DNA of 64,000 bases from Rhynchobatus australiae (taxonomy: Eukaryota): contig JAUZTB010000048.1 in NCBI GenBank assembly GCA_034780895.1, positions 3,841,244 to 3,905,243 on the forward strand, written 5' to 3'. Positions 54,801 to 64,000 of the stretch are shown one piece after another (the first letter of the stretch is position 1; each line of letters starts with the position of its first letter). The notes under the pieces were generated by a model that was not told the origin of the DNA, made no database searches, and worked only from the letters and a program-made list of their open reading frames with translations. The translations under genes and the position numbers were made by a program.

Positions 54801-57800
54801 TCTTATTTTTCACTCACAAGGAAGCCCCTTTTCATATCATTCTATTCAAGGCAGCTGTGAAATTTAAAGGATTACTCCCACAACTGACACTCATATCTGT
54901 AGAACACTCTGAAGGTGGGAGACCACTGCTCTAATCACAGGAATTTTGGATGAGGTAACTCCTTCCAAGGATGCATATGGGGTGCTTCTGCTGGATATGA
55001 ATGAATGAACTAGGGCAACAAGACAGACCTGAGTGTCCAGAGGAAGGAGGGAAAGACCAGCACATGTCATCAGAACCTATCTCCATGAGTAGTAAGGAAG
55101 TCATTCTCCCAACACCAGGGCTCTGCAGAGCAATATATACAGTCAATGCTCTTCTTAGACTAAACTATAGTCACACTTAAGACAGCTCAGCTCAAGGAGG
55201 TCAAGGTCACTTTTGCCCTGTATTTGCTAGCCTTGGGATCATTCCAAGGAATAGCATCTACATCATATATCTAAGTTTTCTTTTCCTTGCAGTGGAGGTC
55301 AATGATGCTCTCCAGTTTTGAACACTTGTCCTTGAGCAGAGACCAGTAAGCCGAGCAGAAACCAGATTTATATAATTTCCCACTGCCCTTTATAATTTGC
55401 TTTTTTTTAATTTTTAGGCAGTCCACGTTGCCTGTCACATTTCACCTCCTTCTCCACTAGGAGGACTGTATTTTGGGGAATGAGGCACTTCCCCTTCTTC
55501 ATTGGCTTCTGATTCTTGTCCATTCTACAGGGAATGCAGTTGATCAGAGGTATAATAATTACTACATTTCCACCAGGAGCTCAGTAGAGAAGGTCGTGGG
55601 GACTTCACTTGTAGAGATGACGGGAAAATCCTGGAAGGTTGCCCCTAATCTTCCCAGGGAAGACACACTTATCCGGGGCAAAAACATTTCCCACTTAAGG
55701 ACTTAGTGTATGTTTGTAAACAAATATATGAGGACACAATCACAAGGGATAATGAAAGTTGATTCATAAACTTTCACAAGGTAACTTGATGAGTTCTTGA
55801 CATGGAGAAACTGGCTTTGCTATAGAAAGTGAACAGGAAATGTGACTGATAGGTAATTCATACAAACAACCAGGATAAGGATGGGCCAAACTCCAAATTT
55901 ATGTGCTACATAATTCTATTATTCTAAGCAATTTTGCTGTATCCTGTTTAATGTTATCACTGGGCCATGCTTTGTATTAGGAAATGTGCCAGGCTCTGGA
56001 TTGGATTTAAGTACCAACACAATGATTTGCACTAGAGTAAAATAATCTCCAGCTTCAATAGGTTTATCAAGAGCTTGGATTTGAGTGCTGATACTTTCTA
56101 GCTTTGAATCGAGGGCAATACTCCTCTCAGCTTGGATTTGAATACTAATATTTCTCCAGTTTATATCTGTGCATCAATACTAACCAGACTGCATTTGAAT
56201 ACCAATATTGGATCTTGGATTTACACACCGATACCATCTAGTAGAGTTCAGTGAAAATATTAGCATTAATATTTCAGAGATTCCAACTTCATTGCTGCCT
56301 GAATTTAATGACATGCACTTACGCTGTTGGACGGATAGATACAGGTGCAAGAACAGCTGAGGATGAGGATGAGGACGATGATGATGCCGTTGCCCCTGGT
56401 GTCAGTGACAACAATGATGATGGCATAGGCTGTAGTTTCTCATCAGTTGATTTGGATCCACTTGTTCGGGATAGAGGTGTGCTTGGAGCACCAGAAGCGA
56501 CAGGCGAAATAGGAATTGTTGGAGTTGTAGGAGTGAAGGAGGCTTCTGTCTGTAAAGAAAAAATAAAAATATATTCAACAATTTCAGTTAACTAAATCAA
56601 CCAACAGTNNNNNNNNNNNNNNNNNNNNNNNNNNNNNNNNNNNNNNNNNNNNNNNNNNNNNNNNNNNNNNNNNNNNNNNNNNNNNNNNNNNNNNNNNNNN
56701 NNNNNNNNAACCAACAGTTAGACAGAAGAGAAATCTAGACACAGTGAAAGCTCATCTAATGGTTACACAACTGATTTTTTTTGTGTGGGAAACAAGGGTA
56801 CAATTACTCTTTAACAAGGGTGTTAAATTGGTGGCAGCTTTACTGGCTTCATTAATTTCTCCCCAACTCAAGTGCTGCTAGAAAGTCTATAAAAAAGCTT
56901 GTCAGACACTGTCACTGAAACCAAAGGCCTTCTAGCTGCAATCACAGACCTCCTCCCTTAACCTAGAAATTCACCGAGAATCCTCAATTATTGTACCTTA
57001 CAGCCTTGGGTGAGTGGGTCACACTGAGGACCTGGGCATCACAGCCTTGAATGAAAACATTATTGGGTGTTCAGGAGATCACCCAATAATGTGCCTCAAT
57101 AGTTCATTCATCCAAAGGATTTTGGATAACAGTCACACTGACCATCAAGTCAAGCATACCCTGCTCAACTCGAGCCAGATTTTCCTGTTTGTGCTTTGAG
57201 AATCTCAGGGATTGCAAATTGGTGCTGAGTAGACTAATTGCTACACTGTTAATCCTACATTTCTGAGGATATGACAATTAATCCAGCCCAACCTCAATTC
57301 CATCTGGATGGCATAATTTTGAAAACTGTTTATGGTAAGGTCAGCAGTGGGCAAGTTGTTAACCTGAATCCGAACTGCCTGACCCTGTGGTGCTGGTGGA
57401 GGTTAAAGGTTCCTCCATGGTTTAAGAACATCGGGGAAATCTCTTGGAAATATTTAATCCTCAATCAACAAAGTGCAGATTAATGAGTTGATGATCTCAT
57501 TGCTATTTGTGGAACACGGGTGACATAGAATGAATGTGGTTACTGCTTCTAGGACAAGTCATTACACCATATTAATAGTTATGGCATTTAAATGTGGACT
57601 GGCACAGTAGTGGAGTGGTTAGCATAATGGTTTACAGCGCCAGCGTCCCAAGTCAATTCCGGCCACTGTCTGTAAGGAGTTTGTACATTCTCTCTGTGTC
57701 TGCATGGGTTTCCTCTGGGTGCTCTGATTTCCTTCCACATTCCAAAGTCATACGGGTTAGGCTATGTTGGTGCCGGAAGCGTGGCAACACTTGCGGGCTG

Positions 57801-60059
57801 CCCCCAGAACACCCTAAGCAAAAGATGCATTTCACCGTGTGTTTTGATGTACATGTGACTAATAAAGAAGTCTTATCTTAGTACTGATAAACAAATGGTG
57901 TCGTGATGGGGAGTTATAATTCAGACACTCTTTAANNNNNNNNNNNNNNNNNNNNNNNNNNNNNNNNNNNNNNNNNNNNNNNNNNNNNNNNNNNNNNNNN
58001 NNNNNNNNNNNNNNNNNNNNNNNNNNNNNNNNNNNNNNNNNNNNNNNNNNNNNNNNNNNNNNNNNNNNNNNNNNNNNNNNNNNNNNNNNNNNNNNNNNNN
58101 NNNNNNNNNNNNNNNNNNNNNNNNNNNNNNNNNNNNNNNNNNNNNNNNNNNNNNNNNNNNNNNNNNNNNNNNNNNNNNNNNNNNNNNNNNNNNNNNNNNN
58201 NNNNNNNNNNNNNNNNNNNNNNNNNNNNNNNNNNNNNNNNNNNNNNNNNNNNNNNNNNNNNNNNNNNNNNNNNNNNNNNNNNNNNNNNNNNNNNNNNNNN
58301 NNNNNNNNNNNNNNNNNNNNNNNNNNNNNNNNNNNNNNNNNNNNNNNNNNNNNNNNNNNNNNNNNNNNNNNNNNNNNNNNNNNNNNNNNNNNNNNNNNNN
58401 NNNNNNNNNNNNNNNNNNNNNNNNNNNNNNNNNNNNNNNNNNNNNNNNNNNNNNNNNNNNNNNNNNNNNNNNNNNNNNNNNNNNNNNNNNNNNNNNNNNN
58501 NNNNNNNNNNNNNNNNNNNNNNNNNNNNNNNNNNNNNNNNNNNNNNNNNNNNNNNNNNNNNNNNNNNNNNNNNNNNNNNNNNNNNNNNNNNNNNNNNNNN
58601 NNNNNNNNNNNNNNNNNNNNNNNNNNNNNNCTGGCTGCTCACCCTCCCCCCGCCCCCCCGCTCAACTTTTTTGCAATCTTGGTTGCCCAGATAGTGATAG
58701 CCATCTGAAGGTGGCTTTTATACATGACAGAAGAACAAAGTTGAAATAAACTTCTACCATTAAACTGGGTAAGATCTCCACAATGGCCTCAATGCATCCT
58801 ACAGTTGTTTCCACCATTAACATTCCCTCACAATACCAGGATCTTAATTATCCAGAACGTATTCATCAAGTTACAATGGAATGCATACATAACAATTTGG
58901 ACTCTGTTTCACCTAATTCAGCCTGATTTCATGATACTATTATTCAATTCTCCAAGTTATAATTTGTATCTTTACTTGTTGCCCTTCAGTTTCATTAACT
59001 AATCTTTCCTACCTTCCATACTATTGCAGATTTGTTTCTCTGAGACATCTAATATTCCCCACCCACTACCCTCTGACCCTTTTCCCAGGCTCTGGACTTG
59101 ATTATACATAAGCATAACCTCCTTATTTTTACATAAATTCCCCTTGCAAAAATGAATGACATTCTGTTAGTTTTCCTAATTACTTGCTTTACTAGTACAG
59201 TAGCCTTTTGCAAATTATGCATTAAGACAGCCAGATCTCTCTGCATTTCAGAACTCTTTATATATGTTTTTTATTTCCTGCCTTAACTGGCCAATTTCAC
59301 AGGTTCCCACTTTAAACTCCACTTATCAGATCTTTGTCCACTCACTTTTGCTACCTGTCTGCCTTTGTAGCCTCTATATGTCCTCTTCACAACTTACTTT
59401 CCTACACACCTTCCTTCCTACCAACCTACAAAAAAGATGACCTTCTACACCTTAAGCTACATTGGAATGAAACAAGTGGTTAAGAATAGAGAGGTGGGCA
59501 TGGGAATTTGATTGAGAATTAAAATAACAGATAACCAGAAGCTTGGGACGCACTTATGAACCAAGTGCAGATGTTCCACAAAATGGTCACCCAATATGTA
59601 ATTGGTCACCCCAGTGTGGAGGGGACTGCATTCTAAAAGTATATACAATATAATAAGAATGCTGGAAGCACCAGAAATGGTGAAGGATGGAAGGCGAGAA
59701 CGAGAGCATTTCTAATGTGGTTCTGAGAACGGGGAAGATTGAGAGCAGAAGTGTAGAAAGTGGAACAGATATGGTTGAGGAAAATTAAAAACATATGTCA
59801 GAGGTCTTTCTTATTTCCACTAGGCTTCTAAAACTTAAGTCTGGGTCATCACAGCAAGGGGGCCATAAGATATTCACAGACAGGCACAATGAATGGAAAG
59901 ATTAACTTAAAATCAGACAGTTCTTACTCGGGGTTTTTTGAAGCTATTTGTTGATTGCTGCTGGGTATCCTCAGAATGTCGCCGCTTCCGTTGTGTATTT
60001 TCAGCTACTGAATTGCCTTCACCTGATTCTACAGTTGCATTTAATCCAAGAGGATCAGA
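6653..60059 (-). CDS. PCIF1: PCIF1/CAPAM mRNA cap-specific adenosine N6-methyltransferase; spliced CDS, 5'-partial (13 exons, 1947 nt, 648 aa + stop; WW-domain exons not in window)
   Basis: Manually spliced exons translate into a continuous PCIF1-like protein (SDPLGLNA...[14 protein letters not shown]...FNRWLLERK...[30 protein letters not shown]...FEANPPF...[11 protein letters not shown]). All introns are GT-AG and phases are consistent. Confidence 0.97.
6995..7590. repeat. 34-bp minisatellite (accgactctcctgcaccctcaccgacactcccac; 20+14 subunits) in the last PCIF1 intron
   Basis: Many near-identical tandem copies spanning a gap. Confidence 0.95.
7950..8125 (-). CDS. PCIF1: PCIF1 coding exon ([58 protein letters not shown])
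   Basis: 176 nt; cctcacacag acceptor, gtacgt donor; translated by hand. Confidence 0.96.
8313..8560. repeat. Short Penelope-type dispersed element (palindromic arrangement) with hammerhead-like core
   Basis: Family motif ctgatga..gacctgaaacgt.aact..ccacagatgctgcctgacctgctgag..ccagcatctgca; related copies at 1-100, 3605-3730, 4860-5175, 15380-15470, 15930-16095, 22008-22085, 28695-28800, 39790-39870, 46150-46219 and 48745-48825. Confidence 0.7.
10050..10900 (-). mobile_element. Possible ancient Penelope-like element remnant (RT thumb + GIY-YIG)
   Basis: Frameshifted traces YK(I)P...[19 protein letters not shown] and TTLYQ; heavily decayed. Confidence 0.3.
14048..14141 (-). CDS. PCIF1: PCIF1 coding exon with catalytic NPPF motif ([31 protein letters not shown])
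   Basis: 94 nt; ctttacag acceptor, gtgagg donor. Confidence 0.96.
14600..19570. repeat. Fragmented degenerate ~21-24 bp satellite (ataaaccctctctcctctgagc) in blocks ~14600-15600, 16490-17180, 18960-19320 and 19500-19570
   Basis: Recurrent ataaa + ctctc(t)cctctg units, all in the same orientation. Confidence 0.8.
17230..18700 (-). mobile_element. Decayed CR1-type LINE fragments (interrupted by gap)
   Basis: aaatccatgctgg / ctttgtcaa...cctgaaagctc motifs of antisense CR1 ORF2. Confidence 0.5.
23490..24120. repeat. Degenerate ~20-bp repeat (tgatatcagtacatcaggta) split by a LINE 3' fragment
   Basis: Units at ~23505-23600 and ~23960-24120. Confidence 0.6.
24860..25340 (+). repeat. Purine-rich low-complexity tract
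   Basis: Strong A/G skew with recurring gaga/catgg motifs; explains the spurious F/S/L-rich minus-strand ORFs. Confidence 0.7.
25302..25315 (+). promoter_or_regulatory. CTCF-like motif ACAGTAGAGGGCAC
   Basis: Motif resemblance only; a second candidate, CCAGCAGAGGGGGT, lies at 41260-41273. Confidence 0.3.
26527..26711 (-). CDS. PCIF1: PCIF1 coding exon, methyltransferase domain ([18 protein letters not shown]...[30 protein letters not shown])
   Basis: 185 nt; ttgtttcag acceptor, gtgagt donor; near-identical to the PCIF1 FECFASPLN motif. Confidence 0.97.
28510..28596 (-). CDS. PCIF1: PCIF1 coding exon ([29 protein letters not shown])
   Basis: 87 nt; tttttttag acceptor, gtaagc donor; translated by hand. 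Confidence 0.96.
29225..30100 (+). mobile_element. CR1-type LINE RT fragment
   Basis: Decayed W.IANV..LFKKG.R...[26 protein letters not shown] and [10 protein letters not shown] motifs. Confidence 0.8.
30564..30736 (-). CDS. PCIF1: PCIF1 coding exon ([57 protein letters not shown])
   Basis: 173 nt; cccacag acceptor, gtgagt donor. Confidence 0.96.
31115..32290 (+). mobile_element. Decayed non-LTR retrotransposon fragment
   Basis: [12 protein letters not shown] and [11 protein letters not shown]-like traces; 3' ends of a similar family at ~19340-19500 and ~45420-45810. Confidence 0.6.
32350..33460 (+). mobile_element. CR1-type LINE endonuclease/linker fragment ending ~70 nt from a PCIF1 exon
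   Basis: [33 protein letters not shown] and MAEKL..YF.SVF motifs. Confidence 0.75.
33532..33694 (-). CDS. PCIF1: PCIF1 coding exon ([54 protein letters not shown])
   Basis: 163 nt; ctacag acceptor, gtgagt donor. Confidence 0.96.
35074..35372 (+). mobile_element. tRNA-derived SINE, tail type A
   Basis: A-box-like ggtagtgtagctgttagc, B-box ggttcaattcc, body gggtttcctcc...ctcccacatt, tail cactgtgtgttttgatgtaca...aataaa; homologous copies at 46320-46500, 54676-54810 and 57600-57880. Confidence 0.85.
39870..40680 (-). mobile_element. Nested L2/Rex-type LINE 3' ends
   Basis: Element 40045-40560 ([24 protein letters not shown]) appears inserted into a second element (39870-40035 + 40561-40680). 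Confidence 0.65.
42000..42730 (-). mobile_element. Vingi/Ingi-like (I-group) non-LTR retrotransposon 3' fossil
   Basis: [17 protein letters not shown]...DIQLN...[12 protein letters not shown], then [12 protein letters not shown] and [18 protein letters not shown], ending in a CCHC knuckle ([17 protein letters not shown]). Confidence 0.7.
43065..43260 (-). mobile_element. SINE tail type A, inverted partial copy
   Basis: Reverse complement of the 46320-46500 copy. Confidence 0.8.
43960..44059 (-). CDS. PCIF1: PCIF1 coding exon ([33 protein letters not shown])
   Basis: 100 nt; cttccccag acceptor, gtaagg donor. Confidence 0.95.
44375..45300 (-). mobile_element. CR1-type LINE 3' fragment
   Basis: [28 protein letters not shown] remnant and CR1 3' UTR. 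Confidence 0.8.
46320..46502 (+). mobile_element. tRNA-derived SINE tail type A (5' end in gap)
   Basis: High similarity to the 35074 copy. Confidence 0.85.
50145..50228 (-). CDS. PCIF1: PCIF1 coding exon ([28 protein letters not shown])
   Basis: 84 nt; ttttctgcag acceptor, gttagt donor; not in ORF track, translated by hand. Confidence 0.95.
51183..51330 (-). CDS. PCIF1: PCIF1 coding exon ([50 protein letters not shown])
   Basis: 148 nt; ggcag acceptor, gtattg donor. Confidence 0.96.
52752..52906 (-). CDS. PCIF1: PCIF1 coding exon ([51 protein letters not shown])
   Basis: 155 nt; tgcag acceptor, gtaatc donor; strong similarity to PCIF1. Confidence 0.96.
53273..53520 (+). mobile_element. 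tRNA-derived SINE, tail type B
   Basis: Same head and body as type A, but tail gggtttaaaatgggc...gggccggaagggcctgttaccgtgctgtaaataaa. Confidence 0.85.
54360..54810 (+). mobile_element. SINE cluster (HE1-like head 54360-54575, gap, type A tail)
   Basis: cacagcgccagagacctgggttcgatcc head; related older copy at ~38640-38970. Confidence 0.75.
55020..55650 (+). mobile_element. Second degenerate Harbinger transposase fragment, in a PCIF1 intron
   Basis: 55467-55610 reads [45 protein letters not shown] (cf. LGD.GYPL..WLLTP...E.RYN..H.STR..VE...G); weaker HVIR...GSHSPNT traces at ~55060-55115. Confidence 0.6.
56040..56240. repeat. Degenerate ~30-bp tandem repeat (ctccagcttggatttgaatactaata)
   Basis: About 6 decayed units. 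Confidence 0.6.
56323..56549 (-). CDS. PCIF1: PCIF1 coding exon, Ser/Thr/Pro-rich linker ([16 protein letters not shown]...[20 protein letters not shown])
   Basis: 227 nt open frame; acceptor tttctttacag, donor gtaagt; phase 0 to 2 fits neighbours; ends in RPT like the orthologous exon. Confidence 0.85.
57600..57880 (+). mobile_element. tRNA-derived SINE, tail type A
   Basis: Similarity to the 35074 copy. Confidence 0.85.
59100..59650. mobile_element. Decayed CR1-type fragments
   Basis: [14 protein letters not shown]...QVIRKTNRM remnant on the minus strand. Confidence 0.55.
59928..60059 (-). CDS. PCIF1: PCIF1 coding exon ([44 protein letters not shown]; contains NLS-like RKRR)
   Basis: 132 nt; acceptor ttctcttgtag, donor gtaaga; matches vertebrate PCIF1 SDPLGLNA...RKR...KKPK. 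Confidence 0.92.
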
Positions 60060-62686
60060 CTACAAGAGAAACAAAATTAAATGTTAAATATTAAACATTT
60101 AATGTTGTATGTTACCTTCTGCTCTCTCCATCCAGTATTTTCCATACTAGGTGAAGTCATGGCAGTGGGGTAGCTGTCATGGCAGTAGAACACTAGGAGG
60201 GCTGCAAAACATTTCCATTTGATTCATTGCTGGGCTGCTTCATCATCCTTGCAATGGGTAAGCATCCCCTCTTTTTTTCTATTAATGTAATTGGTGACAT
60301 GGTTTTGGCAATATTTAAATTGATGGAATGCGAGTGTGTAGAGATCCTTCCCGTGGGTAACGGAAATATTAACAACTTTAATTGCCTTTTTTTTTAAAAA
60401 CATCTTTGATTCTCAGTACCTACAACTATCAGTATTGGCAGTAATGGCAGTTGAATGCATCTCATTTACACATTTTCTCATGCTGATTATTTTATTTAAT
60501 CTGCATGTAATTAGTTTGACATATTTCTTAGCTGTTAAATCACTTCAAAATATGCAAATTACTTGGTGATCAATCAGAAGATTTTTTTTCTCTCTTTTGT
60601 TCTCAACTTAGAGTGTCCCCTGGTGTCTGTGCCTTGCTGTGGTGGGACAGTTTGCATGTTCATAGCATTTCATAAGGTTTTTCCTCTATGTTAAATTGGT
60701 CTGAGTAAAAAGACCACACAAATGCCCTGGTCCTCCCTGTTAGGGGAGAGGTAATATTCTGTAAAAAAAACACAAGTATATTTCAAAAATAGTGTTGAAG
60801 AAATCAACCACATCTGTGTGTAAGTCAATAACTGCCAGTGGTGAAAGCCAAAAAGTCACTTGCGTAACAACTAAAGTGCTCAACACCAGGACAAAAAAAA
60901 AACATTTTTTGGAACATACAGACAATATACGAAACAGGAAAGCTAGCTCAGGTCACGACAGATCTACTCAACCTTTCCAGAAACAATTCCAGGAAACAAT
61001 CCCAGGAAACAATCCAGTCAATTCACCAACATCTCTAGGGGAAGCACAAGACCAGTTCTGCCCACAGTGTTACCATCAAAGCTATGTGAAGTTACAGCAA
61101 GACTTTTTCACTCTTGTACTCCATTCACCTAGTAATAACAGATCCAATATTCCATTTACTTCCTAATTATTTGTTACATGTGGATGAAGACCTTTGGTGT
61201 TTCTTGTCTGGAGGCATCCAGAGCTTTCTGAACACCAGCATTCAATGATCTCCCAACAGTTCAATTCTGTTTTTCTCTCTAGCAAAGTGGATAAATTGAC
61301 ACTTCTCTATCACTTTGGTGTTTATTCCAGGAACTGTACAAATTTATTCAAGGTTAAAGGAGATATGCCAATATACAGCCTGTATTGTTTGGTTACATGT
61401 ACAGAACTCACCTGAACATACTAGTTTGCATTGTGACATCCTAACCAGCTGCTGAGACTGAAATGGAAATCAGTTTCAAAACAAGTATGTGAAGCAAAAC
61501 AGAAGAATGTTTCTAATGTGCAGTATATCAGTGAGCATCTATAACATGCTCTGACATTTCTGAAATGTGATCCTTTAACAGACTGAATTTCAGTTTGAAT
61601 GAAAGACAAGTCTAACTGCCCTTTCTGACTTTATTTCCGCTTTTGTTCCCAAGTGCTAGATAGCCAATGAGGTACCTCGGAAGTTCTTTCACTGCTGTAA
61701 TGTAGAAATATTGCAGTCAATTTAAACACAAATGGCAATGACCAAAAAATTTGTTTCTGTGCTGTTAAGGGATAAATGTTAGCCAGGGCATTGGAAAGAA
61801 ATCACTTGGAAGTCTTTAAAATAGTGATATGAGATCTTTTATGTCAATCCTAAAGAGCAGATAGGGCCTTGGTTTATCATCTCACCTGGTGTGGGAATCT
61901 CAAGAGTGAATGCAAAGTTTAATTGGGCACAAAAATAAAAAGAGGGAACAGCGGATAGAATTGAAAAAGAGAATGAAAGGAAAATAAATTTCTTTTTTCA
62001 GTAAGTAAATTTTAATGTTTCCCTAAAAAAATTCAAAGCTTGAAGCAATGAGTAAAAATGTTCAAAAATTCTGATAGAGGGAGGTTAACTGTAATTTAAA
62101 TGGCATAATTGTTAAAAGGATTTAAGTTTGTAATGACAAGTCTTGTACTGTGGTGAGTTCAATATGCAATTAATGAGCAAAAAAGAAATCAAGTTCATCA
62201 ATGTAAAGGAGAGGCAAAGTGTACTGTCATGTAGGCAAAGTGGCACAGTTTGGACAAGTTTTGGATATTCACGGTTAACTATGCATTTGCTTCTGGCCTG
62301 AAGTTGCAATACTATTTGCCTACAAGTAATGGAGAAAGCCATTAACCTTGCCATTATTTTATCTGCAAATTATAGTCTATTAGTTTTGAATTCTCTGGGT
62401 TATACATTGAGTAGTATGTCTGGATTGCAGTGGTGCTGCTATTGGCTTTCATTGGCCAAGCAGCACCACCTATGGCAAAGAGTTGGAACAACGGTTTGCA
62501 CATTGCCATGAAGCAGTCCCAGCAGATGAAAACATTATAGATTTAAAGTAAATATCATATCATAGGAAATAAAGAGCATGAATGGAACTTACAGCATCTT
62601 TGCATTGCAGTTTTTAAATAAAACAGCTTTATTAAAATATGTTTCCCTTTTATAGGGAATGTTATGAGTCAGGTGAAATCATTAGG

Positions 62687-62935
62687 TGGCATGGTAGCGT
62701 AATGGTTAGCGCAACGCTATTACGGCGCCAGCGATCGGGGTTTGATTCCCGTCGCTGTCTGTAAGGAGTTTGTGCGTTCTCCCATGTCTGCGTGGGTTTC
62801 CTCCAGGTGCTCTGGTTTCCTCCCACATTCTAAAGATGTATGGGTAGGTTAATTTGGGGTTTAAAATGGGCAGCGCAGACTCATTGGGCTGGAAGGTCCT
62901 GTTACCACACTGTAAATAAAATTAAAAAAAAAATT
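62687..62935 (+). mobile_element. tRNA-derived SINE, tail type B
   Basis: Similarity to the 53273 copy; CpGs retained in head. Confidence 0.85.
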
Positions 62936-63239
62936 TAATCCAGAATTTTACAAGTAAAGTACAATTATTCACAATGTACGTTGAAGTTAAGATGCAGCTT
63001 TTTATAAAGGGCGTTACATAATTGTTCATTTAATTCCTCAAGCACATTTCCTCCAAGGTGGTAGTAGGGTGTGCATTGGTGTAGAGCATGTGAATGTTTT
63101 CTCACTAAGTGTTCAAGAAAGTAGCAATGATTAAAAAATGACAATACATTTACATACAAAAGATGATGCAAGCTTATTTCCCACGATGAAGCTATTCTTC
63201 CAACATGGCAGGGTATGCTAACCCATTCATTAGGAAGCA

Positions 63240-63740
63240 TATGGGATCCTGGGAATCAAAAGTAGAACAGGAAGCATAAAGCAGGAAAAGGTATGACAAA
63301 CTTGCATAAGGCATTAGTTAACCAATGGCGGGAACATTGTGTCCAATTCTGGTCATCTGACTACAGACAGGGTACAGAAAAGGCTTACAAGAATGGTTCC
63401 ACAGATGAGGATTCAGCTCTACGGTTACAATGGAGAAGCTGGGGTCCTTCACCATGCACCAAATGAGGAAGCATACATCATGAGAGATATAGACAGGACA
63501 AACTGAGACAAGCTGTTCCCAACAATAGATGGTTCAAGGAGCAAAGGCTAAATTTAAAATTTTGAGGCAAATGATACAAGGAGGATAGGATGAAAAAATT
63601 TTGCAGGAAATAGTTGACCCGGAATTCGCTGGGTCGGCCTGTGGAAACAGAATCTATCAGTGTCTTTAAGGGGAGCCACCTCAAATCCAACTGGCTGATT
63701 GATCTCCTGTACCATAACAATTCTATGTCTTTGTATTGTC
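63240..63740 (+). mobile_element. Decayed CR1-type LINE 3' fragment
   Basis: LV...EHCVQFWS / RVQKRLTRMVP-like traces. Confidence 0.6.
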
Positions 63741-64000
63741 ATGATAGTAGAGAACACAGGGCAAGTGATATGATGCACGTAACCTGAGTAATCTGTTTCA
63801 GTGAACTGTAGACTGCAGATGGTAAACGGAAGGAGGAGGAATATCTAGTGCAGCATATACAAATAAGCCATGTGCTAAGTGGCTTCCTCCAAACAAAACT
63901 GGGATATACGAACAATATAAAGGAACAGATTTTGTTAACTGGCAGTCAACCCTACACACCAGAGAGTAATTATTCATCATATGGCTGGACTACATAATAA

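Noticed and set aside
56251-56595. Plus-strand ORF with acidic run EDEDEDDDD
   Set aside because: Antisense shadow of the poly-Ser PCIF1 exon
57932-58642. Long ORFs made of X residues (also at 18062, 6124 and 3343)
   Set aside because: Translations of N gaps
59798-59852. C/D-box snoRNA-like GTGATGA...CTGA on the minus strand
   Set aside because: Only 55 nt, no convincing terminal stem or D'/C' boxes, no recognisable rRNA guide, and located near the donor rather than the acceptor
60060-64000. Expected PCIF1 WW-domain and first exons
   Set aside because: No GWEKCWS/YYFNRFT-like coding sequence found; presumably outside the window

Overview
Eukaryotic, repeat-rich genomic DNA with many N gaps. 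The SINE and LINE families look cartilaginous-fish-like (probably a ray or sawfish relative; inference). The window is dominated by one spliced gene on the minus strand, PCIF1/CAPAM (cap-specific m6Am methyltransferase). I traced 13 coding exons from 60059 down to the stop at 6653. All have GT-AG ends and consistent phases, giving 648 aa that include the NPPF catalytic motif. The N-terminal WW-domain exons were not found and presumably lie beyond 64000. Introns and flanks hold tRNA-derived SINEs, CR1/L2-type LINE fragments, short Penelope-type elements with hammerhead-ribozyme cores, a Vingi-like LINE fossil, two Harbinger (HARBI1-like) transposase relics and several minisatellites. I cannot establish a new biological system from sequence alone. 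The best leads are the CpG-rich HARBI1-like relic with an intact splice acceptor just downstream of PCIF1, the dispersed hammerhead motifs, two candidate cryptic PCIF1 exons (one in-frame, one poison) and a Ser/Thr/Pro-rich insertion in PCIF1. Repeat boundaries are approximate; exon boundaries were read base by base.
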